Below are positions 9,529-17,530 of a stretch of DNA of 64,000 bases, piece by piece. This stretch comes from Pseudomonadota bacterium. Lineage in GTDB: Bacteria; Pseudomonadota; Alphaproteobacteria; Micavibrionales; UBA1664. Below the pieces are notes generated by a model, which had not been told where the DNA came from, did no database searches, and saw only the letters and a program-made list of their open reading frames with translations. The translations under genes were made by a program, and so were the position numbers. Positions within the stretch are counted from its first letter, which is position 1. Each line of letters begins with the position of its first letter. The stretch covers positions 98,551-162,550 of the forward strand of contig RFNZ01000003.1 of assembly GCA_009926935.1 (NCBI GenBank), written 5' to 3'.

Positions 9529-10354
9529 GGCGGGCATGCCCCTCTATTGCCGCGTTTACCCGGGCTGGGTCGATGCGGTTTTCGGCGTGTTCTGATTTTA
9601 GTTCTTCCCAGTGGATGCCTGTGACATTCCACAAGACGTCGCAGCCAAAATTTATGGCTCCAGCTACATCGGTTACGAGCGAGTCTCCGATGGCCAGAAT
9701 TTTTGATTTATCGGGCCTCCCCAGCATATCCCACGCCTGATCATAGACGGGGCGGTAGGGTTTACCGATCCAGATGACATGCCCGCCTTGATTTTCATAC
9801 CATTCGGCAAGCGTGCCTGCGCACAAGTGCAGCCTGTCGCCGTGGCCTACAACGCGGTCAGGGTTACCGCATACAAAGGGTATTTGCCTTTTGAGAGCTT
9901 TTTGAAGAACCGATTCATAGTGCTCAAAAACGGCATCGTACGGCACTAGTGCGCCGTACATGAATCCTGCCTCATGCACATCATACACTCGCGGGCAGTC
10001 AAGGTTTTCAAGGGCGCTCGGTTTTTCGTCATCCCAGAATGTATAAACCTTCTGGCCTGTGTGGTGCTCGCGCATATATGCCCATGCGGCTTCACCGGAT
10101 GTCAGGATATGATTGTAGTCTGAGGGCGGTATGCCAATCGGGGTTACTACTTTTTCTACGACGCGTGCTTTACGGTTGGGTGAGTTGGATAGCAAAAGAG
10201 TCTGCTTGTTTTGGCTTTTCAGCCAGCGCATCGCTTCAGCCGCACCGCTATATGCGTTGATGCCATCGTGAAGTACGCCCCAGACATCGATGATAAAATG
10301 GTCGTATCGATCTGCAATTCCTGAAAGACCATCGTAAACAGGAGGGATACTCAT
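9497..10354 (-). CDS. HAD-superfamily hydrolase, subfamily IIA
   Basis: DVWGVLHDG nucleophile motif, LLLSNSP and GDSLVTDV motifs. The start overlaps the pyrD stop by 4 nt. Confidence 0.75.
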   Translation of the reverse strand: MSIPPVYDGLSGIADRYDHFIIDVWGVLHDGINAYSGAAEAMRWLKSQNKQTLLLSNSPNRKARVVEKVVTPIGIPPSDYNHILTSGEAAWAYMREHHTGQKVYTFWDDEKPSALENLDCPRVYDVHEAGFMYGALVPYDAVFEHYESVLQKALKRQIPFVCGNPDRVVGHGDRLHLCAGTLAEWYENQGGHVIWIGKPYRPVYDQAWDMLGRPDKSKILAIGDSLVTDVAGAINFGCDVLWNVTGIHWEELKSEHAENRIDPARVNAAIEGHARPTGLLHGFVV

Positions 10355-11406
10355 TTGTGGTCGGCCCCAATTGCATCTTTCAATGTTTTGAAGCCGTCAC
10401 GATCGAGCAGTCTTAGGAGGCCGGTTTTTATATCCGTGACCAATGCGGGCCCATGGAAAACAAGGGCGGTATAGAGTTGTACAAGGCTTGCCCCCGCCCT
10501 GATTTTTGCATAGGCGTCGGTGGCTGATGCCACACCGCCAACGCCGATGACGGGAAGTTTTCCTTTTGTTTCGGCGTAAATGCGGGCAATGGCGTGGGTT
10601 GATTTCGCTTTTACATGCGGGCCCGAGAGGCCGCCCGTTTGGCCGCGGAAGTTTTGCGGCAGGCTTTCCGGCCTATCCAGCGTTGTATTGCCTAAAATGA
10701 TGCCGTCTATGCCAGCTTCCAGCAAGGTGGCGGCCAGTTCGGTTATCTGGGCATCCGTAAGGTCGGGCGCGAGTTTGATTAAGACCGGTTTTGTGCCCGT
10801 TATTTTTTTGAGATCCCGGATGAAGGGGATTAAAAAATCAGGCTTTTGCAAATCCCTTAAGCCCGGGGTGTTGGGGGATGAGATGTTGACGCTCAGATAA
10901 TCGCAAACGGGTGCAAAGTGTGTGGCCAGCTTTAAATAGTCGGCGGCCGGATCTTCGGTCGTTTTGTTTTTGCCGATATTGATGCCCACGATCTTTTTTG
11001 GGGTTTTATACTTCTCGCAAAAGCGAGTGTAGTTTTCCGCAAAAACATCAGCGCCTAAACCGGGGAAACCCATGCGGTTAATAACGGATTGGCTTTCGGT
11101 ATCCCGAAAAACGCGGGGTTTCGGATTACCTTCTTGTGGCAGCGGGGTTACGGTGCCGGCCTCGGCAAAGCCGAAGCCCATTGCAAAAATGCCTTTCAGC
11201 GCCTCGGCATTTTTATCAAATCCGGCGGCAAGGCCAACGGGGTTTGAAAAAGTAAGGCCAAAGATGGTTTGTTCCAGCCGTGCATCATCAGGTGCTGAGC
11301 ATCTAGGGTATGCGCCACTGGCCAAGGCCTTGATGGTCAGGCTGTGGGCCATCTCGGGGTCCATGCTGTGGAGGACGGGGCGCAGAAGTGAAAAAGCAAG
11401 GCTCAT
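10351..11406 (-). CDS. pyrD: Dihydroorotate dehydrogenase (quinone), class 2
   Basis: 351 aa. Motifs NPVGLAAGFDKN, GFGFAEAGTVTP, NISSPNTPGLR and GVGGV. Confidence 0.9.
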   Translation of the reverse strand: MSLAFSLLRPVLHSMDPEMAHSLTIKALASGAYPRCSAPDDARLEQTIFGLTFSNPVGLAAGFDKNAEALKGIFAMGFGFAEAGTVTPLPQEGNPKPRVFRDTESQSVINRMGFPGLGADVFAENYTRFCEKYKTPKKIVGINIGKNKTTEDPAADYLKLATHFAPVCDYLSVNISSPNTPGLRDLQKPDFLIPFIRDLKKITGTKPVLIKLAPDLTDAQITELAATLLEAGIDGIILGNTTLDRPESLPQNFRGQTGGLSGPHVKAKSTHAIARIYAETKGKLPVIGVGGVASATDAYAKIRAGASLVQLYTALVFHGPALVTDIKTGLLRLLDRDGFKTLKDAIGADHK

Positions 11407-12005
11407 GCTTTTTCATCCAGTTCGCGGATGGTTTTAATGCCGATTTTCATGTAATCCCAGCCCGTGATAACGGTCAGGATGGCGGCTATCAGCAAGCCCC
11501 ATTGACCGATTTCAAGGGTGTAGGGAAGTATCACTTCGCCGTGCGGGCCGATAATAAGAAAGCCTATGGCGACCATTTGGGCTGTCGTTTTCCATTTAGC
11601 CAGTTTTGAAACCGGCAGTACGATTTTATGGGGCCCTAAAAATTCGCGTAAGCCCGCAATAAGGAATTCACGCATCATGATAACGATCGATGGGATAAGC
11701 CAAAACCCCGGCGTGCGGTCAAAGCCGGCCAGCATCACAAGCGTGGCTGCAATAAAAAGTTTGTCGGCGATGGGGTCCAGAAAGCGGCCAAAGGCCGACA
11801 TCTGGTTCATGGTGCGGGCCAAGTAGCCGTCAAAAAAATCGGTGATGGCCGCTAGCGTATACAAAGCAAGCGCGAGCCAAATGGCCCATGCCTCCTGCAT
11901 GTAAAATAAACCCACAAGCGGCGGGATGATGGCAATCCTGAACATTGTCAGGATGTTAGGGATGTTGAAGAGCATGGTGTTTCTTAGGACAGTTTGGTGT
12001 TGCAT
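11403..12005 (-). CDS. pgsA: CDP-diacylglycerol--glycerol-3-phosphate 3-phosphatidyltransferase
   Basis: CDP-alcohol phosphatidyltransferase motif DFFDGYLAR...GRFLDPIADK. The true start may be the internal Met (MLFNIPNILT) at 11975. Confidence 0.85.
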   Translation of the reverse strand: MQHQTVLRNTMLFNIPNILTMFRIAIIPPLVGLFYMQEAWAIWLALALYTLAAITDFFDGYLARTMNQMSAFGRFLDPIADKLFIAATLVMLAGFDRTPGFWLIPSIVIMMREFLIAGLREFLGPHKIVLPVSKLAKWKTTAQMVAIGFLIIGPHGEVILPYTLEIGQWGLLIAAILTVITGWDYMKIGIKTIRELDEKA

Positions 12006-12130
12006 ACAACAATGTGAAGCGCATGTTCACTGAAGAAAAACCATACTGCTTATGTTTTCATAATATGAAAGCCACGGTATACGCTTACCGTAGGTCTTTT
12101 GCGAGCGCAGCACTAGCCCATTAGAAGTTC

Positions 12131-12871
12131 TTATTTTTTCTTGTTGGCAACCGCTTTGGTTTGGGCCGGAATAGGCTCGGACTGGCTTTGGGCTTCAGGG
12201 TCACGCAGAACGTATCCGCGGCCCCACACCGTTTCGATGTAGTTGAGCCCGCCCGATGAATCTTCAAGCTTTTTGCGCAGCTTGCAGATGAACACGTCGA
12301 TGATTTTTATCTCAGGCTCGTCCATGCCGTTATAAAGGTGGTTGAGGAAGGTTTCCTTGGCCAGCGTCGTGCCCTTACGCAAGGCCAGCAGTTCAAGAAT
12401 GCCGTATTCCTTGCCGGTCAGGTGGACGGGTTTGCCGTCAATATCAACCGTGCGGCTGTCCAGATTGACGATCAGGCGGTCGCCCACTTTGATCTGGTTC
12501 TGGCTGTGTCCTTTGGAGCGGCGGATAATGGCCTGAATGCGGGCCATGAGCTCGCGCTTGTCGAAAGGTTTTGTCAGGTAGTCGTCGGCGCCAAAGCCGA
12601 GGCCCTTGATTTTATTATCAAGCTCGGAGAGGCCGGAAAGGATTAGGATTGGCGTTTCGATCTTGCCGGCGCGGAGCTTTTTAAGAACGTCGTAGCCGTC
12701 CATGTCCGGCAGCATCAGGTCAAGGATGATGATGTCGTATTCATAGACTTTACCGAGGTCGAGGCCTTCTTCGCCAAGGTCGGTTGTGTCGACGACGTGG
12801 CCGTCGGATTTAAGCATCATTTCGATGCTTTTGGACATTGAGCTGTCGTCTTCTACGAGCAGAACGCGCAT
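12131..12871 (-). CDS. ctrA: Cell-cycle response regulator CtrA (OmpR family)
   Basis: Receiver plus winged helix. By recall, near-colinear with Caulobacter CtrA ([79 protein letters not shown]). Confidence 0.92.
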   Translation of the reverse strand: MRVLLVEDDSSMSKSIEMMLKSDGHVVDTTDLGEEGLDLGKVYEYDIIILDLMLPDMDGYDVLKKLRAGKIETPILILSGLSELDNKIKGLGFGADDYLTKPFDKRELMARIQAIIRRSKGHSQNQIKVGDRLIVNLDSRTVDIDGKPVHLTGKEYGILELLALRKGTTLAKETFLNHLYNGMDEPEIKIIDVFICKLRKKLEDSSGGLNYIETVWGRGYVLRDPEAQSQSEPIPAQTKAVANKKK

Positions 12872-12912
12872 GGAAACCTCACGATGGCTGTTTAGTGTTT
12901 TACATCACTATG

Positions 12913-12944
12913 TTAATCTTAGTTAAAATTTTAACAAAGTTTAA
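12913..12944 (-). promoter_or_regulatory. Cluster of four phased TTAA motifs upstream of ctrA (candidate CtrA autoregulatory sites, non-canonical spacing)
   Basis: TTAA at 12913, 12923, 12931 and 12941, including the direct repeat TTTAACAA-AG-TTTAACAA. The cluster lies 42-73 nt upstream of the ctrA start. Spacing is N6, not the canonical N7. Confidence 0.35.
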
Positions 12945-12984
12945 CAACCCGCACAATCAATAAGTTTTTATGCCGCTACCTGAG

Positions 12985-14331
12985 TTATGTTTTTAAGGCC
13001 CCCAAAAACCCTGAACTGTCGCGATTTGCCGCTGGATAGCTTGTTCTGAGCCTTCTTGCAGGCGGTTCTGCTCTAGCTTTATCCATCAGGTATTCCAGCT
13101 CTGCCGGGGGGCGCAGACGGTAGCCGCGCCCGTGCAGGGTATGGATAAGAATATGCCCAAAACCCTCAATATCAGGGTAAAGGCCGCCCAATTTTTCGCG
13201 AAGTTTGACCATGGCTACGTCAACGCCCTTGGTATCGTGGGTATCGAGTAGCATTTCACGCTTCATGACCTGGCCTGGGCTCGACATAAGGGCTGAAAAT
13301 AGATGGTTTTCGCTTGGGGTTAAATGTATCGGGTTATCGATCATAGGGTGATTGACCACCCCCAAGGCCGCATCGTAGCTAAACGCGTATTCTTTTGGCG
13401 CATTCCCATCGAATTTGACGGCATCCAGTACCATAAACGCCTCGGGCTTGATATGGCGGCCAACGCCCCACAGCCTTTCGATTTCGCCAAAGCCGTTTCT
13501 TGCAAAAATGTCTTTTAACCTGCAGCAGAAGACATCAATGATCTTGGCTGCCGGAGGGGTGTATACATACCCTTTTGATTTGGCGTTTGCTATTTCGTCT
13601 TTATAGACTTCGCGCATGAGCAGGTCGATCGGTAGATATGAGCCGTGATAGCGCGCAAGTGCTGCCAGAATCGTCACGTGTTTTTCGGTCAGATCTGTGA
13701 CGGGCATGCCATTGGGCAGACTGAGAGACGAATGGTCTGTATCGATGGTTATGTTTCCAAACTTCAAGATTTTATCGGTACTTGGTGTAAAGAGCTCGGG
13801 CGAGCGTATGCCGCTCATTATCCGTTTGTCACGGATGGCGTGCATAAGGCTGCGCAGGGTCCGGCTGCGGCTATGTGGTTTGAGGCCAAGTGCCAGCGAT
13901 TCCGGGTCCTGCGGTAGTTCGGCATAAACAAGGTCTGCCCCTTTGGCCATGCCGTTAAACAGGGAGCCTGTCTTAAGTGTTGCTGCAGTGTCGTGTGAAG
14001 GAAGGTCATAGTATAGCGCCACCAGTTTATGTGGGTTGGCTGCCTTGAAACGTGCCATTTCATTCGCCATGTCGGCTTCTAAAGTCACGTCGTTGATATG
14101 CTGGGCGATTATGATCGCATCGCAGTTATGGGTCCGCTTGTTTTCGCATAGTGAGTCGCCGTTGTTATCAGCAAAGAAATTTTCAACGAGCGGGTTGAGG
14201 ATAATACAGCTGTCGCTGCCGCTTGCGTTTGTAATACGAGCGCCTACCGACATTTTTCTTTCGATGTCTGCAAACAATGCTTTTCTTTTTGGCTCGGGCA
14301 ATGTTTTGGGTATGTAAACACCAACGCGCAT
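12985..14331 (-). CDS. Atypical transcriptional regulator with two tandem OmpR/PhoB-type winged-helix DNA-binding domains and a degenerate N-terminal domain
   Basis: Domain 1: LTEKHVTILAALA...KIIDVFCCRLKDIF...ERLWGVGRHI, which resembles the CtrA motif [14 protein letters not shown]. Domain 2: LTPSENHLFSALM...VDVAMVKLREKLG...HTLHGRGYRLRPP. The N-terminal ~170 aa has no acidic receiver pocket. Confidence 0.6.
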   Translation of the reverse strand: MRVGVYIPKTLPEPKRKALFADIERKMSVGARITNASGSDSCIILNPLVENFFADNNGDSLCENKRTHNCDAIIIAQHINDVTLEADMANEMARFKAANPHKLVALYYDLPSHDTAATLKTGSLFNGMAKGADLVYAELPQDPESLALGLKPHSRSRTLRSLMHAIRDKRIMSGIRSPELFTPSTDKILKFGNITIDTDHSSLSLPNGMPVTDLTEKHVTILAALARYHGSYLPIDLLMREVYKDEIANAKSKGYVYTPPAAKIIDVFCCRLKDIFARNGFGEIERLWGVGRHIKPEAFMVLDAVKFDGNAPKEYAFSYDAALGVVNHPMIDNPIHLTPSENHLFSALMSSPGQVMKREMLLDTHDTKGVDVAMVKLREKLGGLYPDIEGFGHILIHTLHGRGYRLRPPAELEYLMDKARAEPPARRLRTSYPAANRDSSGFLGALKT

Positions 14332-14464
14332 GGCTGTATTTTCCTTGAAGTAGTTTGACGTAACCCTATGAGCGTCTTTTGCTTATGTCAATCTACTGGA
14401 ATCCTGTGAGCTGCATCCGCATTGTGATAATATGGTTCTCGTACCTTAACCCAGTAGATTGTCC

Positions 14465-15823
14465 ATGGTTAGCTCTACCCCTTCGGAAGACATGGCACGC
14501 ATGCGTGTCGACACTATTCTTGCGGCTATTGATGCCATTCAGCCTGCCGTCATTTATGGCAGTGTTACCAAGGTGTTGGGCTTGATGGTTGAGATAACAG
14601 GTTTTCCTGACACACTGTCCATCGGTTCGCGTGTTACGCTGGTACCGGAAGACGGGCGCCGCATTTCCTGCGAGGTTGTCGGCTTCAGGGAAAACCGTGC
14701 GCTTGTGATGCCTTTTGCCCCGCTTGAAGGTATCGGTCTTGGCTGCCGTGCCGAGATAGGGCAGGCACGCCCTGTTATCTATCCTTGCGAGGCATGGCTC
14801 GGGCGTGTGATCAACGCGCTTGGTGAACCGATTGACGGCAAAGGCCCGTTACCCTCGGGTGATCACGCCATGCCCCTTAAAGCTGCGGCTCCGCAGGCCA
14901 ATAAACGCCAGCGCATGGGTGACAAGCTGGATCTGGGCGTCAGGGCGGTCAATTGTTTTCTCTCGGTCTGCCGCGGGCAGCGTATGGGTATTTTTTCAGG
15001 TTCGGGTGTCGGTAAATCGGTTCTGTTGTCGATGATGGCGCGTTATACGGCGGCGGAAGTTGCGGTGATCGGGCTCATCGGCGAGCGAGGGCGCGAAGTT
15101 CAGGAATTTCTGGAAGACGATCTCGGCGAGGAGGGACTTGCGCGCTCGGTCGTGATTGTGGCAACGGGTGATGAGGCGCCGCTCATGCGCCGGCAGGCTG
15201 CTTACTTGACCATGACGGTTGCCGAGTATTTCAGAAGCAAGGGCGAAGACGTTCTTTGCATGATGGATAGTCTGACCCGTTTTGCGATGTCGATTCGTGA
15301 GATCGGCCTTTCGGCTGGCGAGCCACCGACAACCAAGGGTTATCCACCCTCCATGTATAACGAGATGTCACGGTTGCTTGAACGTGCGGGCCCAGGTGAA
15401 GACGGGCATGGCAGCATCACGGGCATCTTTACGGTGCTTGTTGAAGGTGACGATATGAACGAGCCTGTTGCGGATGCCGTGCGCGGTATTGTTGACGGGC
15501 ACATTGTAATGGACCGTGCGATTGCCGACCGCGGGCGTTATCCCGCAATCGATATCCTCAAATCCGTTTCGCGTTCCATGCCTGCGTGCCAGAGCAAAGA
15601 GCAGTGGGAGGCGGTCAAGCGTGCCAAGCAGCTGATTACCACTTACGAAGACATGGCCGAGCTCATCCGTCTCGGGGCTTACCGTCGCGGGGCCGATCAA
15701 AAAGTGGATGAAGCCGTAAAGTATTATCCGATTATCGATGAGTTTCTGGCGCAGATGAAGGATGACCGTACGGCTCTTGATGAAGGTTTCAAGCGCCTAC
15801 GGAAGCTTTTGGATATGGGGTAA
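14465..15823 (+). CDS. fliI: Flagellum-specific ATPase FliI
   Basis: Walker A GSGVGKSVLL, Walker B VLCMMDSLTRFA, and the F1/T3SS ATPase pattern. The ORF opens at TTG 14459 and the first ATG is at 14465. Confidence 0.92.
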   Translation: MVSSTPSEDMARMRVDTILAAIDAIQPAVIYGSVTKVLGLMVEITGFPDTLSIGSRVTLVPEDGRRISCEVVGFRENRALVMPFAPLEGIGLGCRAEIGQARPVIYPCEAWLGRVINALGEPIDGKGPLPSGDHAMPLKAAAPQANKRQRMGDKLDLGVRAVNCFLSVCRGQRMGIFSGSGVGKSVLLSMMARYTAAEVAVIGLIGERGREVQEFLEDDLGEEGLARSVVIVATGDEAPLMRRQAAYLTMTVAEYFRSKGEDVLCMMDSLTRFAMSIREIGLSAGEPPTTKGYPPSMYNEMSRLLERAGPGEDGHGSITGIFTVLVEGDDMNEPVADAVRGIVDGHIVMDRAIADRGRYPAIDILKSVSRSMPACQSKEQWEAVKRAKQLITTYEDMAELIRLGAYRRGADQKVDEAVKYYPIIDEFLAQMKDDRTALDEGFKRLRKLLDMG

Positions 15824-15826
15824 GCC

Positions 15827-16264
15827 ATGGCCGATTTGGCGCCACTGATCCGGTATCAGAAGTACCAGCTTGATGAAAAGCAGCGTTTTATTGCACGGCT
15901 TTATGCCGAGGCCGAGAAAATTTATAACCACAAAGAACGCCTGCTGACCGAGCTCAAGCATGAGCGCAGTTTTGTCGATGCGTCTGATGACCCTAAAGTC
16001 ATTACCGAGTTTCTGACCTACCAGAACCAGATGAAAAAGCGTGTCGAGCTTGCCGATGTTGAGATAGGCCGGATTGATGCGCGCTTGGATGTGGCTCGTG
16101 AGGATCTGCGCGAGAATTTCGCGGAACTCAAGAAATTTGAAATCGTGCAGCGCAGACGTCTTGAGAAAAAGCGGCGTGAGATGGACCGGCGTGAGGCCGC
16201 ACTCTTTGATGCCGTGGCTATTGATGGTTTCCGCCGTCGTCTGGAAGAAGGCGCGTTAACTTAA
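15827..16264 (+). CDS. fliJ: Flagellar export chaperone-like protein FliJ
   Basis: 145-aa coiled-coil protein starting 3 nt after the fliI stop. Charged heptad-rich sequence typical of FliJ. Confidence 0.7.
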   Translation: MADLAPLIRYQKYQLDEKQRFIARLYAEAEKIYNHKERLLTELKHERSFVDASDDPKVITEFLTYQNQMKKRVELADVEIGRIDARLDVAREDLRENFAELKKFEIVQRRRLEKKRREMDRREAALFDAVAIDGFRRRLEEGALT

Positions 16265-16675
16265 GTGCAGTATGTTTTTTGGTAAAAGATGCGTTAGAGC
16301 AGGCAGCGGATTTAGTTCATCGTCGTCGACCAGCATCTCAAGGCGGATTTCCTCACGTAAAACGCGGTCCCATAGTGTTCTTTTTGCAATGTGTGGTAGC
16401 TCATTTGGTCCCAAGCCACTGGCAATGAGTCTTTTTTCGAATCCTTTGATATCCGATGAGACGATATGTACCGGTTGTCCAATGCTTTGGACATGCCTTA
16501 AAAAGCTGAGTATTGGTGCCTGAAGGGCCAGATGGGGGTATCCATCGAAGAGCGTTCCGTGGCAATCAAAGAAAACACCTCTCAGGATTTTTGGATTGGC
16601 CTCATGCCGCTGCATCTTGCGTGCGTGGCGTGCCCAAATTGAGCTGGCATCCTGACGTGACCATGGATAACGCAT
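16256..16675 (-). CDS. Hypothetical small protein, degenerate HAD-like motif
   Basis: 139-aa ORF with FFDCHGTLFDG, which resembles the HAD DxDGT motif with the second Asp replaced by His. Convergent with fliJ, overlapping its 3' end by 9 nt. Confidence 0.35.
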   Translation of the reverse strand: MRYPWSRQDASSIWARHARKMQRHEANPKILRGVFFDCHGTLFDGYPHLALQAPILSFLRHVQSIGQPVHIVSSDIKGFEKRLIASGLGPNELPHIAKRTLWDRVLREEIRLEMLVDDDELNPLPALTHLLPKNILHLS

Positions 16676-16795
16676 AAAACCTCACGAGTTATGTCTACTG
16701 TGTAGTTGAGTTTGCTGAGAGATTCAAATTTTTTCAAATACGCGCTCCTGAAGTCTGAATTCTTTATTGTTTTGGAGCGTGTTATAATCGAAGGC

Positions 16796-17530
16796 ATGCG
16801 CCTTGGGTTCATTATCTTCTGCTGTCTTTTGTTTGTGGTTGGCCTGTTCATGATCGGGCCGGGCAATGATGCCGCCAGCGGGCAAGACTTAACCGCTGCT
16901 ATCAGGAAACCCGTTGTCCTTGAGTTGTTTACAAGTCAGGGGTGTTCTTCCTGCCCGCCTGCGGATGCGCTTTTAGCTGCGTTGGCACAGAGCCCACACG
17001 TTATTGCACTCGGCTGTCATGTGACTTACTGGGATCATACTAGCTGGAAAGACACGCTTTCCATGGATGAGTGCACAGCCCGTCAGCGCAATTATGATCT
17101 TACCCTTGATAAGGGTGTTTATACACCGCAGCTTGTCGTGAATGGCGGGGCTGGGCTTATCGGTTCCCGCAAGAGCGAGGTATTAAAAGCTATAGACCAG
17201 GCTTCGCCGCTTCAGCCCGTGTACGTCAAATTTCAGTCCTCTATTGCGACAATACAACTACCTCATCTTGATGCCAAAGGTACTTATGGTGTTACGGTTT
17301 TTGGCAAGCTGCGCGAAAAAGTACAGGCCATAGGGCGTGGTGAAAACGGCGGCAGAACCATTACCTATGCTGCTCCCGTTACCCAGATTGTATCGCTGGG
17401 GCCTTGGGATGGTACGGCTAAAACCATGAGTGCCAATTTTGATACCGAGGCTGATCTTGCCGTCGTGCTTGTTCATGATGCCAGTACCAATGCTATTGTT
17501 GCGGCAGGTCAGGCTCTTGTCGTGCGTTGA
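16796..17530 (+). CDS. DUF1223-family secreted thioredoxin-like protein
   Basis: ELFTSQGCSSCPPAD signature. A signal/TM segment follows the ATG at 16796 (MRLGFIIFCCLLFVVGLFMIG). Confidence 0.7.
   Translation: MRLGFIIFCCLLFVVGLFMIGPGNDAASGQDLTAAIRKPVVLELFTSQGCSSCPPADALLAALAQSPHVIALGCHVTYWDHTSWKDTLSMDECTARQRNYDLTLDKGVYTPQLVVNGGAGLIGSRKSEVLKAIDQASPLQPVYVKFQSSIATIQLPHLDAKGTYGVTVFGKLREKVQAIGRGENGGRTITYAAPVTQIVSLGPWDGTAKTMSANFDTEADLAVVLVHDASTNAIVAAGQALVVR

Noticed and set aside
12056-12070. Palindrome TTTCATA-A-TATGAAA between ctrA and pgsA.
   Set aside because: It is a short AT-rich palindrome in an AT-rich spacer, with no repeat elsewhere and no obvious associated regulator. The signal is insufficient.
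12913-12944. Canonical CtrA box TTAA-N7-TTAA(C) at the ctrA promoter.
   Set aside because: No pair of TTAA motifs here has the canonical 11-bp start-to-start spacing; the spacings are 10, 8 and 10. It is reported as a non-canonical candidate instead of a confirmed CtrA box.
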